The notes below the pieces were generated by a model. That model worked only from the letters and a program-made list of their open reading frames with translations. It was not told where the DNA came from and searched no databases. From positions 128,001 to 192,000 of the forward strand of contig JBAXKC010000001.1 in assembly GCA_037137535.1 (NCBI GenBank): a stretch of 64,000 bases of DNA, written 5' to 3'. The stretch comes from a bacterium (GTDB taxonomy: Bacteria > Cyanobacteriota > Vampirovibrionia > Gastranaerophilales > JBAXKC01). How positions within the stretch are numbered: the first letter of the stretch is position 1; each line of letters starts with the position of its first letter. Shown here piece after piece: positions 9,492 to 18,490 of this stretch. The position numbers and the translations under genes were made by a program.

Positions 9492-10721
9492 TTAATCTTT
9501 ATCTCTATGTTTAAGTTTCACTATTTTACAAGCATTACAAGTTTTCATATTTTCAAGCATTGCTTTTTCCATTTTGTCATCAAATTTAACTTTTCCATTC
9601 TCATGAATAAGCCAAGGATAATCATCTTGATCTTTTTGCCAAAGAGGTTTAACTTTCCATCCTGAATTTTTTAAAATCAAATCATTTTGATATTCTATTA
9701 AATCTTTATTTGGAACATATTTCACACGAGGAGAATTGGGCGACAAATTTTCATTTTTAATTACAATTCTTTGACTGACTTCATTTAAGAAAGAATAAAC
9801 ATATTTACTTTTTCCCTCTTCTCCATGAATATCAAGAATAACTCCTGCTTTAGAAAGTGCGTCGGCAGACTCTTGATACTTACCTTCATCGTTTAATAAG
9901 ATAGCCAAATTATAATGAGCCTCATAATTTAACGGTGATAAATTTATAGCCTTACAATACTCTTCTGTTGCCTGCTGCTTTCTTCCAAGAAGTTGCAAAG
10001 CAATAGCATAATTATAATGGGACTCATACACATTAGGCTCTATTTTAATTGAATTTTTATAACTCTCTGCCGCTCTTTGCAAAAAGATTTGTGCAGATGT
10101 CCCGTTTAGCCCCATAAGTATTGCTTTATCCCTATAAGCCAATCCCATGTTATAATAAGCAATAGCCTTACTATGAAGCACATGATATTCATTATTATAA
10201 ATAAACGGAATTTTTATAATTGAGAGCTTTGAATCTACAACTTTTTGATATTGTTCAATACCTTCGTCTATGTCTTTTAATTTTCTATCTAAAACTATGC
10301 CTAGATTTATTCTTGCATTGAAAAAATCCGGAGCTGTTTTTAAGGCTTCTTCATAATAGTCTGCTGCTGTTTCATAAGATTCATAAGCTACATATATGTT
10401 TCCAAGATTATATCGAGCCTTAACATGCTCAGGATATAGATCAAGAGCTTTCTGATAGTTTTCTAACGCACTTTGTAAGCTGTTTTCATCATCAGTCGTG
10501 TCATCTACAACTTCATCCTGCATTGAGTTCGCATTTTCTTTATCAGTTTTTTCAAATTTTTTATAGTCCTGATCGCCCTCAAACACATAGAAATAAGCGA
10601 TAGTATGCCTTACAGTCTCAACAATTTTATCCGCAAACAAAATCCCCATCATTACTATGCAAATAACAATGCTTATAATTACACTTTTATTTAAAAACTT
10701 TTTTATATTTCTAAAAAACAG
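9492..10721 (-). CDS. TPR-repeat protein with N-terminal membrane anchor; start uncertain (CTG at 10721 or ATG at 10652)
   Basis: Multiple TPR motifs (ARYNLGNIY, AYYNMGLAY, AHYNLAILL); frame stays open upstream through hydrophobic VIISIVICIVMMGILF. Confidence 0.85.
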   Translation of the reverse strand: MFFRNIKKFLNKSVIISIVICIVMMGILFADKIVETVRHTIAYFYVFEGDQDYKKFEKTDKENANSMQDEVVDDTTDDENSLQSALENYQKALDLYPEHVKARYNLGNIYVAYESYETAADYYEEALKTAPDFFNARINLGIVLDRKLKDIDEGIEQYQKVVDSKLSIIKIPFIYNNEYHVLHSKAIAYYNMGLAYRDKAILMGLNGTSAQIFLQRAAESYKNSIKIEPNVYESHYNYAIALQLLGRKQQATEEYCKAINLSPLNYEAHYNLAILLNDEGKYQESADALSKAGVILDIHGEEGKSKYVYSFLNEVSQRIVIKNENLSPNSPRVKYVPNKDLIEYQNDLILKNSGWKVKPLWQKDQDDYPWLIHENGKVKFDDKMEKAMLENMKTCNACKIVKLKHRDKD

Positions 10722-10977
10722 AGTATTGTACCTTACTTTACTAATTTAAACTTTATTAACCAACTGAAATGACCTTTATTATTAATCTATAAACTCTTAT
10801 CAAAAGTCGACATAACCCACAATAAAATATAACTGTCCTATCTTATGTTAACTTAAAAAACATGATAATTATACCAGTAGATAGCCCTAGTAGGGAATTT
10901 ATATTTCAGACCAAGTTTGGTTTTATAATAATACACACGCATATATTCGACTCTTACCCAGACACGATCCAGCTATT

Positions 10978-11004
10978 AATACCGGTTAATCCGGTATTTT
11001 TTTT
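10978..11004 (+). terminator. Intrinsic terminator oriented for a plus-strand transcript
   Basis: AATACCGG-TTAAT-CCGGTATT followed by a T run. Confidence 0.7.
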
Positions 11005-11023
11005 ATTCAAGTATATTTCTTCA

Positions 11024-11062
11024 AAAAAATAAACTCCTGCACTGAGCGAGGAGTTTATTTTT
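11024..11062. terminator. Terminator downstream of hup
   Basis: AAAAATAAACTCCT..AGGAGTTTATTTTT. Confidence 0.85.
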
Positions 11063-11078
11063 AATAGTAATAATAAAA

Positions 11079-11354
11079 TTACTTAGAAACTGCTTCTTTG
11101 AATTTTTTACCTGCTGTGAACACAGGAACTGTTTTTTCAGGAATTTGAATTTCCGCACCAGTTTGTGGATTTCTTCCTGTTTTAGCTGCTCTCTTACGAG
11201 CTTCAAAAGTTCCAAAGCCAACTAATGTTACTTTTTTGCCTTTAGAAACGGTTTTTTCTACAGTTGCTAAAATGGTTGTTAGGATTTCAGAAGCTTCTTT
11301 TTGTGTTACTTTAGCTTTCTTCGCAATCTCTTTTACTAACTCTTCTTTGTTCAT
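11079..11354 (-). CDS. hup: DNA-binding protein HU
   Basis: MNKEELV..VTLVGFGTF..GRNPQTG; GGAGG RBS before ATG 11354. Confidence 0.97.
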   Translation of the reverse strand: MNKEELVKEIAKKAKVTQKEASEILTTILATVEKTVSKGKKVTLVGFGTFEARKRAAKTGRNPQTGAEIQIPEKTVPVFTAGKKFKEAVSK

Positions 11355-11600
11355 GGTTACCTCCAATGTTCGACATATTAAATTATACTTATTTTGCCAT
11401 TTAACGCAAGGGGGTAATCCATAATAGCGTTTTAAAATGATACTTTTAGAGTAAATTTATAATTTATAAAATGAATACAACTGACAAAATAAACATAGCA
11501 AAGTCCTTATATATCAATCAATCTAGTACATTATGTTTAATGCACCAGATTAAGCATTATTTTTTATAATTAATCTATTTATTAATTAAATGCTTCCCAC

Positions 11601-13040
11601 TTAACAATCTTTACAATTGATAGGTTCTAACATTCCAATACCCGATACATTAGGTATTTCATATTTATTTCTTTCAGCGTCACTAAGCTCTTTCGAGTCA
11701 ATATATTTATAATTTCCCCTAAAATATTGATTAGATTCAAAAATATTTTTACTAATTTTGCAATAATCAAAAGCTGATGATGATATATCAGTATCCTTAA
11801 AGTGAGCATCTAACAAATCTGAATAAGCAAAATCACAATTAGTTATCCTTGCTGAAGAGAAATTACAACCTAATTTTGCATTAATAAAACTACTATCCGT
11901 AATAGTTGAATGTTCAAAATTAACGTATTGATTATTTGTTCCATTAAAACAACAAGTTTTTAAAGATGAGGTACTAAAATCATTTTTCCATAATGAAGTA
12001 TTAGAAAAATCAATATTTTCCATTTTGGTATTTAAAAAGCTGCTGTTTATTAAACTAGCCTCTTTAATACTGCAATTATTAAGCATAGAATCATCAAAAT
12101 TTGCGGCAAAAGATGAAATTTTAGAAAAATCACAGTCATTTATCGTACATTTATTAAACGAGGTTTTATTTAGTTTTTCATTTGTAAAATTCTGATTATT
12201 AAAACTTTCATTTATAAAGGATTTCCCCTCAATTTTATTATTTTTAAAGTTTTTCTCTCTTGTGTAATACATTTTTTCAAAAGATTGATTTTCTTTATGT
12301 TGACGTTTATATTTACTTGCCTCTTTCTGCTTTTCATAATCCTCATAAGCATCTATAGGCGTTGATAAATCATAGTCAATAATTTCTGATTTTGGGACAC
12401 CATTATCATCTATATATTTTACAACGTTCCAACTATGAGCTTCGCCTTTAAATCCGCCTGTTATAGAAGCTCTTGGCCTATGCCTATCATCATTGTCAAA
12501 AACATTATCACAAATCAACTTAAAAAGAGCGCTCCTGTGCCTACATACACCGGCTCCATTCTCCACAATATCTCCCAGATCAAATTTTTGTTTTACCAGC
12601 ATCGAATGGTAATAGTATTGATTAGTTATAGCTAAGCTTTCTTTATCCTTAAATTTTGAGAAAACCTTACTTATATAATTTTGAATAATTCTAATTTTTT
12701 TCTCGTTCGAATTTACAAGGCTGGTTTGTTCTTTCAGCTCTGTGATAATTTCTTTAATTTTAGGGTGTTGTGAATTTATTTTAAACTCCCAAATTTGAGT
12801 GCCATCGAGCAATTTATCATTATAACCAATGAAACCTTTATTTTTATACTGTTCTGTTTGCATTTCAGGTGTAGTTTTATGACCTTTAAATGAAACCAAC
12901 TGAGTTAAAAAGTCTTTATTTATACTCTTAGAATGAATTAAAGAGGCATTATAAGAGATTAATGGAATTACAAGTCTATTATTATTAGCATTAGAAACAT
13001 TTTCTTTTTTATAATTATTCTGATTAAACGATATTTTCAT
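11601..13040 (-). CDS. EDR1/CTR1/ARMC3-like (transglutaminase-fold) peptidase domain fused to pentapeptide repeats
   Basis: GVCRHRSALFKLICD..HSWNVV..D putative Cys-His-Asp triad; C-terminal five-residue periodic F/L repeats. Confidence 0.75.
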   Translation of the reverse strand: MKISFNQNNYKKENVSNANNNRLVIPLISYNASLIHSKSINKDFLTQLVSFKGHKTTPEMQTEQYKNKGFIGYNDKLLDGTQIWEFKINSQHPKIKEIITELKEQTSLVNSNEKKIRIIQNYISKVFSKFKDKESLAITNQYYYHSMLVKQKFDLGDIVENGAGVCRHRSALFKLICDNVFDNDDRHRPRASITGGFKGEAHSWNVVKYIDDNGVPKSEIIDYDLSTPIDAYEDYEKQKEASKYKRQHKENQSFEKMYYTREKNFKNNKIEGKSFINESFNNQNFTNEKLNKTSFNKCTINDCDFSKISSFAANFDDSMLNNCSIKEASLINSSFLNTKMENIDFSNTSLWKNDFSTSSLKTCCFNGTNNQYVNFEHSTITDSSFINAKLGCNFSSARITNCDFAYSDLLDAHFKDTDISSSAFDYCKISKNIFESNQYFRGNYKYIDSKELSDAERNKYEIPNVSGIGMLEPINCKDC

Positions 13041-13309
13041 TGCATAGTCTCTATAACGTAATACCTTAATTAAATTAAAAAAAAACTATTTTATTAATGT
13101 GAATAAACTAATTAAAACCAAAAGAATTTTAACATCCTGTTACAAAGAGCGAATAATAATAAGAAAAAATCAAGGTTCTTCAAATTTATTATTTTATAAA
13201 AGATTTTTTATAAAAAACTAGTATGTTTAATATGTTTTTGTTATATTAGTGGCTTACTAAATTTATACTTATTATTTATAAAAACAAACTAAAAGAAAGA
13301 CTAAAGGAC

Positions 13310-13561
13310 ATGAACAATAATACACAAGTTGAAAATGCAAAGTTTCTTTTTTTAAGAGAAACTTCCAAAAAGACTCTTTACAGACTAGCCGATCTAATTG
13401 AAAAAGACCCTTATCCTCTTTTTAAAGCAACAAGAGCAGGACTTTTCAAAGGAATTAAAAGAGAAGCAATAAATTATCTTGAAGAGAAAAAACAAACAGT
13501 AAAACTCCATAAAACAAAACAAGATCTTCAAACAGTAATAGACCTTTTATATCAAGAATAA
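13310..13561 (+). CDS. Hypothetical protein
   Basis: 83 aa ORF followed by a terminator. Confidence 0.65.
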   Translation: MNNNTQVENAKFLFLRETSKKTLYRLADLIEKDPYPLFKATRAGLFKGIKREAINYLEEKKQTVKLHKTKQDLQTVIDLLYQE

Positions 13562-13576
13562 TTCAAAATAAACTAC

Positions 13577-13617
13577 AAAAAGCCCTCACCGATAAAAATT
13601 TATCCTGAGGGCTTTTT
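13577..13617. terminator. Bidirectional terminator
   Basis: AAAAAGCCCTCA..TGAGGGCTTTTT. Confidence 0.85.
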
Positions 13618-13632
13618 ATTTTTAAAAAATAT

Positions 13633-13929
13633 TTATGCAACTTCGTTCTGTAAGGTTTGTTTCTGTATTTTATGAATTACACTGTCAACTAATAATTCAT
13701 AATAAACTGTGTTTTTAATCTCTGCTGAAAATTCTCTAATAAGTGAATCTTCGACAATAGCTCTAAGTTCGCTCACCGGATCTGTTTCCTTTTTCATTCC
13801 CGGACAAATAAAATCGATATAATCAGACGTTATTTTATAGTCCTGTACCTCTGTAAATAAAAACCACTTTAGCTTGACACCTAAATCCTTAATCTTATTA
13901 GTGAATTTAAGATTTTTGTTTAATTTCAT
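13633..13929 (-). CDS. Hypothetical protein
   Basis: 98 aa ORF with GAGGGA RBS. Confidence 0.7.
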   Translation of the reverse strand: MKLNKNLKFTNKIKDLGVKLKWFLFTEVQDYKITSDYIDFICPGMKKETDPVSELRAIVEDSLIREFSAEIKNTVYYELLVDSVIHKIQKQTLQNEVA

Positions 13930-14077
13930 AAAAATACGTCCCTCAGGTCTTCTTTATTTTCGATTCCACTCACAGCTTAAAATGATAGACTACAAACTAA
14001 TTACTATTTCTTACTCATGTCTAATAAAACAGAACACAGTATAAAATTCACCTAATTCATAAAAATATTAAGAAAAA

Positions 14078-14467
14078 TTAACATAAATGAGGATCATCAA
14101 TTTCTATCCTCTCTATTAAAGGTAAATTCTTATAAAACACTACTGTGACAATGCTGTTTAAAGCTGTGTCTACCTTATAATACTCACTTATAAAAGAAAG
14201 CACATCAGCCTTTTGTCGTAATGTTGATTTGTATTTTGCCAACAATTCATCTGACAGCTGATCTATTGTCATAAGCTGCATTTCTTGAGAAATAATTCCA
14301 CGTCTTACAATATTACCGCCAACCCTTATTTCAACAGGATCTCCTTTTACGTAATATGCATTATCAAAATATAAAGAGCCCGGACGAATTGCTATAACCT
14401 CTTCATCATTTTTTTCTGCGATAACTTCGTCATAAAAATTTTCTGACCAATTAATTGCTTTTGGCAT
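14078..14467 (-). CDS. Hypothetical protein (possibly ASCH/PUA-like fold)
   Basis: 129 aa ORF with AGGGGG RBS; fold suggestion is weak inference. Confidence 0.7.
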   Translation of the reverse strand: MPKAINWSENFYDEVIAEKNDEEVIAIRPGSLYFDNAYYVKGDPVEIRVGGNIVRRGIISQEMQLMTIDQLSDELLAKYKSTLRQKADVLSFISEYYKVDTALNSIVTVVFYKNLPLIERIEIDDPHLC

Positions 14468-14603
14468 AGATTACCCCCTAATCACAAAGCCGAATAATAT
14501 AGTATAACTTAATTTCAAAATATTTCATACAAATAATTGTTGCGCAACAAACATATAATAATACATACTTGAATTTAATACGGCAGAAACAAGGATTAAA
14601 AAA

Positions 14604-14828
14604 TTGGGTAAATCTAAAAAAAGAATTCTCTGTAAAGGGAAGAATCAATGTTTTGAGATGGAAATGACCCGAGAACAAGCAGTTGAAAGGGTCTTTGATG
14701 AACTATGCCAAAATCCTGCAAGTATTGCAGCAAAGAAAATAATTACTCTTTTCGGATTAAAAGCGGAAGAATTATCCGAAAAAGGCGTAAACTATGAGAT
14801 TTTAAGGGCTTTAGACAACATAATTTAA
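14604..14828 (+). CDS. Hypothetical small protein
   Basis: TTG start with AAGGA RBS; hairpin follows at about 14837-14868. Confidence 0.7.
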   Translation: MGKSKKRILCKGKNQCFEMEMTREQAVERVFDELCQNPASIAAKKIITLFGLKAEELSEKGVNYEILRALDNII

Positions 14829-15049
14829 AAACAGAAAGAGAGTCATTATACTCGATAACAACTCTCTTGGTTCTGTTATTCTTAATTCCAGACAACAGTT
14901 TAATCTACCTGCCATCTTCTTGACTATTTTAATATACCACATTGTTAAAAAAATAAAACGTTAATTTTAATTTATTTTTTATCCTTCAACAGAACTATTA
15001 ATAAATTTAAAAATCTGCAAGATTCTTAATGGAAATCTTTTTAAAAATT

Positions 15050-16090
15050 TTAGGCATTTTTACGGATATGAGCTTTACTTGTACCTGCTTCATCAGAGAT
15101 ATAACGACCAATACCTGAAAGCCTGTTCGCAAGATTTTGCCTGTAAGTATCCGCAGCAACCGTTGGTATTGGTTTCCCCGGATATAACTGATAAAACTCT
15201 CTATATTCACCCTCAGAGACATTTGGCATTATAACATTTGCTCCGCTTTGCAATGCAATAAATCTACCATTTGGATTTAAAGCCTCCATTGCTGTTGTAG
15301 CAGGCAAATTAATATCAGGAAGAAGCAGACGAGTAATAGCCATAACTTTTAAAGCCATTATAAATTCTCCACCCTTTTCTTCACGTAATGGTGTATCAGG
15401 ATTCGGAATAAAAGGTCCTATTCCAATCATATCCGCTCCAATTTCCTTGAAGAAAAGGATATCTTCAGCTAGAGATTGAAGAGTTTGTCCTGGCAGTCCG
15501 ACCATACAGCCTGTTCCTACTTCATAATTATATTTTCTAAGATTTTTAAGGCATTCTACTCTATTATCAAAGTCCATTCCTGGATTTAATTTATGATACA
15601 ATTCCACATCAGTAGTTTCTATACGAACGAGAAATCTATCAGCACCTGCTTCTCTGAATTTTTTATATTCTTCTTCTGATCGTTCACCGATACTTAAAGT
15701 TATAGCGACACCTAAATCATGAATCCCTTTAATTATCTTCTCAAGTATTTCTACATTATAGTAAGCATCTTCGCCTGATTGAAGAACAATAGTCTTATAT
15801 CCTAAAAGACTCGCATTATGAGCAAGTCTTAGGATTTCCTCAACTTCAAGCCTATAACGATTAACTTTTTTATTATCTCTTCTTAAACCGCAATACAGAC
15901 AATTTTGCTTACAAATATTAGAAAATTCAATTAAACCTCTTAAATGAACTTCATCGCCAACATATTTATTTCTTGTTCTGTCTGCTGCCTCAAATAAATC
16001 TTTCTCAAACTCAGAACTTTCCAAAAGAGTTATAATTTCTTCTTTTGTCAATTTGTGAGTTTCTTCTGCCTTTGTTATTATATTTATCAT
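15050..16090 (-). CDS. hydE: [FeFe]-hydrogenase maturation radical SAM protein HydE
   Basis: RGLIEFSNICKQNCLYCGLR, TIVLQSGED, GIGPFIPNPDTP, GANVIMPN, YQLYPGK. Confidence 0.92.
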   Translation of the reverse strand: MINIITKAEETHKLTKEEIITLLESSEFEKDLFEAADRTRNKYVGDEVHLRGLIEFSNICKQNCLYCGLRRDNKKVNRYRLEVEEILRLAHNASLLGYKTIVLQSGEDAYYNVEILEKIIKGIHDLGVAITLSIGERSEEEYKKFREAGADRFLVRIETTDVELYHKLNPGMDFDNRVECLKNLRKYNYEVGTGCMVGLPGQTLQSLAEDILFFKEIGADMIGIGPFIPNPDTPLREEKGGEFIMALKVMAITRLLLPDINLPATTAMEALNPNGRFIALQSGANVIMPNVSEGEYREFYQLYPGKPIPTVAADTYRQNLANRLSGIGRYISDEAGTSKAHIRKNA

Positions 16091-16331
16091 AATATTATTT
16101 CCTAACTATCTTTGTTTTGTAAATCATTATATCAAATTTTTTATTAATAAACTAAACCGTTATTTAATTTAACATTTATTTGACTAAATATAAAAAAAAC
16201 AAATATAATAACAAAATAAATATTTCCACCTATTTAATAATTATTTTTATCAAATAATTACCTTTATATAGTTAGAAACATTATATTAATTTCTCATACA
16301 TTATTTTTTAAATTTACGGAGATATATATAA

Positions 16332-16820
16332 ATGTCAAATAAAATAACCTCCTTATCAGAAGTATTAACAGAGGCTTGTTTTGAAATGATGGGGATGTTC
16401 GGAATTTCTCCTGTTTTCGTAAAGGAAACTGAAAATCCCACTTTAAATACAAAAAGATACATCTACATCACAATTGAATTATCACTAGCATTATCAGGAA
16501 CTATTGTTATAGGACTTCAAAAAGACTTCGCATGGAAACTAATGTCCCACATGATGGGTGGTATGGAAGTAAACGAACTTGATATGATAGCACAAAGCAG
16601 TCTTTGTGAATTTACGAATATGCTTGCAGGGTCAGCATTAATAAAACTTAATTCGCCCGACCTCATTGACTTATCACCACCTGTTATTGAAATCAATGAC
16701 TCAGAAGCTGTAACTGTTATTGCGGAGGTCCCTTCCAAAAAGTTAAACTTTGAAATTGACGATGCCGAATTTCATATTGATGATTCAAAATTTGAAATCA
16801 GCTACATAATTAAAGATTAA
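16332..16820 (+). CDS. cheX: CheX-family chemotaxis phosphatase
   Basis: MMGGMEVNELDMIAQSSLCEFTNMLAG..DLSPP (ExxN and PP motifs). Confidence 0.85.
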   Translation: MSNKITSLSEVLTEACFEMMGMFGISPVFVKETENPTLNTKRYIYITIELSLALSGTIVIGLQKDFAWKLMSHMMGGMEVNELDMIAQSSLCEFTNMLAGSALIKLNSPDLIDLSPPVIEINDSEAVTVIAEVPSKKLNFEIDDAEFHIDDSKFEISYIIKD

Positions 16821-16823
16821 GCT

Positions 16824-16852
16824 AAAAAGACTTCCAGCGAGGAAGTCTTTTT
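16824..16852. terminator. Bidirectional terminator
   Basis: AAAAAGACTTCC-AGCGA-GGAAGTCTTTTT. Confidence 0.88.
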
Positions 16853-16874
16853 ACTATTATATAAATTCAAATAT

Positions 16875-17474
16875 TTACTTCTTGCCAAAAAGAGCCTCTT
16901 CAATAATCGCACATAAAATATGCCCGATTAAAATATGAACTTCCTGAATTCTCGGCGTTATAGAAGAAGGGACACAAAGGCAATAATCAGAGATTAGCTT
17001 CGAGTTTCCGCCTTCTTTTCCTGTAAGACAAACAGACATTATACCCATTTTTTTAGCCTGCTCAAAAGCAGTTATGATATTCGGCGAATTACCCGAAGTT
17101 GTTATACCGATAAAAATATCGCCATTAACTCCATTTGCCTGTACTTGACGGGCAAATACGCTATCATAGCCGTAATCATTACCTATGGCAGTTAAAATAG
17201 ACGTATCAGTCGTTAAAGCTATAGCCGCAAGGCCCGGCCTGTCAAAATAAAACCTGCTGACAAGCTCTCCTGCAATATGTTGCGCATCTGCGGCACTTCC
17301 GCCATTTCCCGCAACAAGAATTTTATTTCCTCGCTGATAAGCCTTAATCGCTTCACTTGCAACATCTTCTATCTGTTTTATAAAGTTTTCGTTTTCCAGT
17401 ACGTTTTTTATAAGCTCATTGTGTTCTTCTATTTGATTTCGTACTGAAATAACCGTATTTTGTATATCCTGCAT
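16875..17474 (-). CDS. gmhA: Phosphoheptose (sedoheptulose-7-phosphate) isomerase
   Basis: GNGGSAADAQHIAGEL, TAIGNDYG, TSGNS, RIQEVH. Confidence 0.95.
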   Translation of the reverse strand: MQDIQNTVISVRNQIEEHNELIKNVLENENFIKQIEDVASEAIKAYQRGNKILVAGNGGSAADAQHIAGELVSRFYFDRPGLAAIALTTDTSILTAIGNDYGYDSVFARQVQANGVNGDIFIGITTSGNSPNIITAFEQAKKMGIMSVCLTGKEGGNSKLISDYCLCVPSSITPRIQEVHILIGHILCAIIEEALFGKK

Positions 17475-17488
17475 TAGACGCTCCAAGT

Positions 17489-18409
17489 TTAATTATTAGA
17501 ATGATGAAGACTGTTTACTTCTTTTATTCTATCTTTTACACGTTTTGAAATAACATCAATATGAACCGTATCCGTTATTCCCTGCATAGACGCTTCTTCT
17601 TTGGATCTTGAGGAAATTTCGTCTATATCATTAATATCAAGCCACATTAAGCTTAAACCATAATTTATATCTAATCCTCTTTTCGCAACTGTTTTTAATA
17701 ATTTAGTCGCAACATCAAGGAAATATAGCTGCTCTGTGTTTGTATTCGTATAATCGGGAAGATTTACTATAATATATTGCAAGGAATCAAAAAATTCAAA
17801 AGTCTTTGAACGTCCTAAAATATCAACGGAAATTAATCTTGTATTAAAATCATAATCTTTATCATGAATTAATTTACTTAATTTTTCATCAATAAACTTA
17901 CTTTTATTTGGAAAAAGATTCATAAACCTTTGCAAAAGCATATCAGCAATAACTGCTGTACTTTGGGAACTGCATGAAGCAGTAAACAATTTTAAAAGAG
18001 TATTTAACACGTCTTCATCAACTGTTTCTTCATTGGATTTAATAAAATTAACCATCGCATCAGCAGTTAAAAGCAATGCTTCTTTTTTCTCGAAAGAATC
18101 GTCCAGAATAAGCTCTTCGTTTAATAAATATTCTGTATATTTGGCAAGGACTTCTCCTTTTCCTTTTTGCAAAAATAATCCCGAAATAATTGTTTTAAAC
18201 ATTTCAGAATAATTTTCATCAAAAAGAGCCTCTTCAAGATTTTTATACAAAAGCTCATTGTCTGATTTAACAACAGCAGTAAGAACGGTCTGTCTTAAAA
18301 ACTGATCTCCTCCTGACTGTCCATGAGTTTCTATATCATTAGCAACTTCAAGAAGTTTTTCAAATTTTATTTTAGCATCTTGCTCTATATTTTTTTCAAT
18401 CTCAGCCAT
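17489..18409 (-). CDS. Hypothetical helical (HEAT-like) protein
   Basis: 306 aa acidic ORF; AAGGTG RBS. Confidence 0.7.
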   Translation of the reverse strand: MAEIEKNIEQDAKIKFEKLLEVANDIETHGQSGGDQFLRQTVLTAVVKSDNELLYKNLEEALFDENYSEMFKTIISGLFLQKGKGEVLAKYTEYLLNEELILDDSFEKKEALLLTADAMVNFIKSNEETVDEDVLNTLLKLFTASCSSQSTAVIADMLLQRFMNLFPNKSKFIDEKLSKLIHDKDYDFNTRLISVDILGRSKTFEFFDSLQYIIVNLPDYTNTNTEQLYFLDVATKLLKTVAKRGLDINYGLSLMWLDINDIDEISSRSKEEASMQGITDTVHIDVISKRVKDRIKEVNSLHHSNN

Positions 18410-18490
18410 GTTTCACCTTATCTTTAATAAAGTTAATAGGGCATTACTGCCCTATCAAATCATAATTCAATTTCAACTTAAAAGCAAAAA

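Noticed and set aside
10940-10972. WVRVEYM on the minus strand, resembling the Trp micro-ORF motif
   Set aside because: Only a short match, preceded by in-frame stops, with no RBS and no WGL-stop ending
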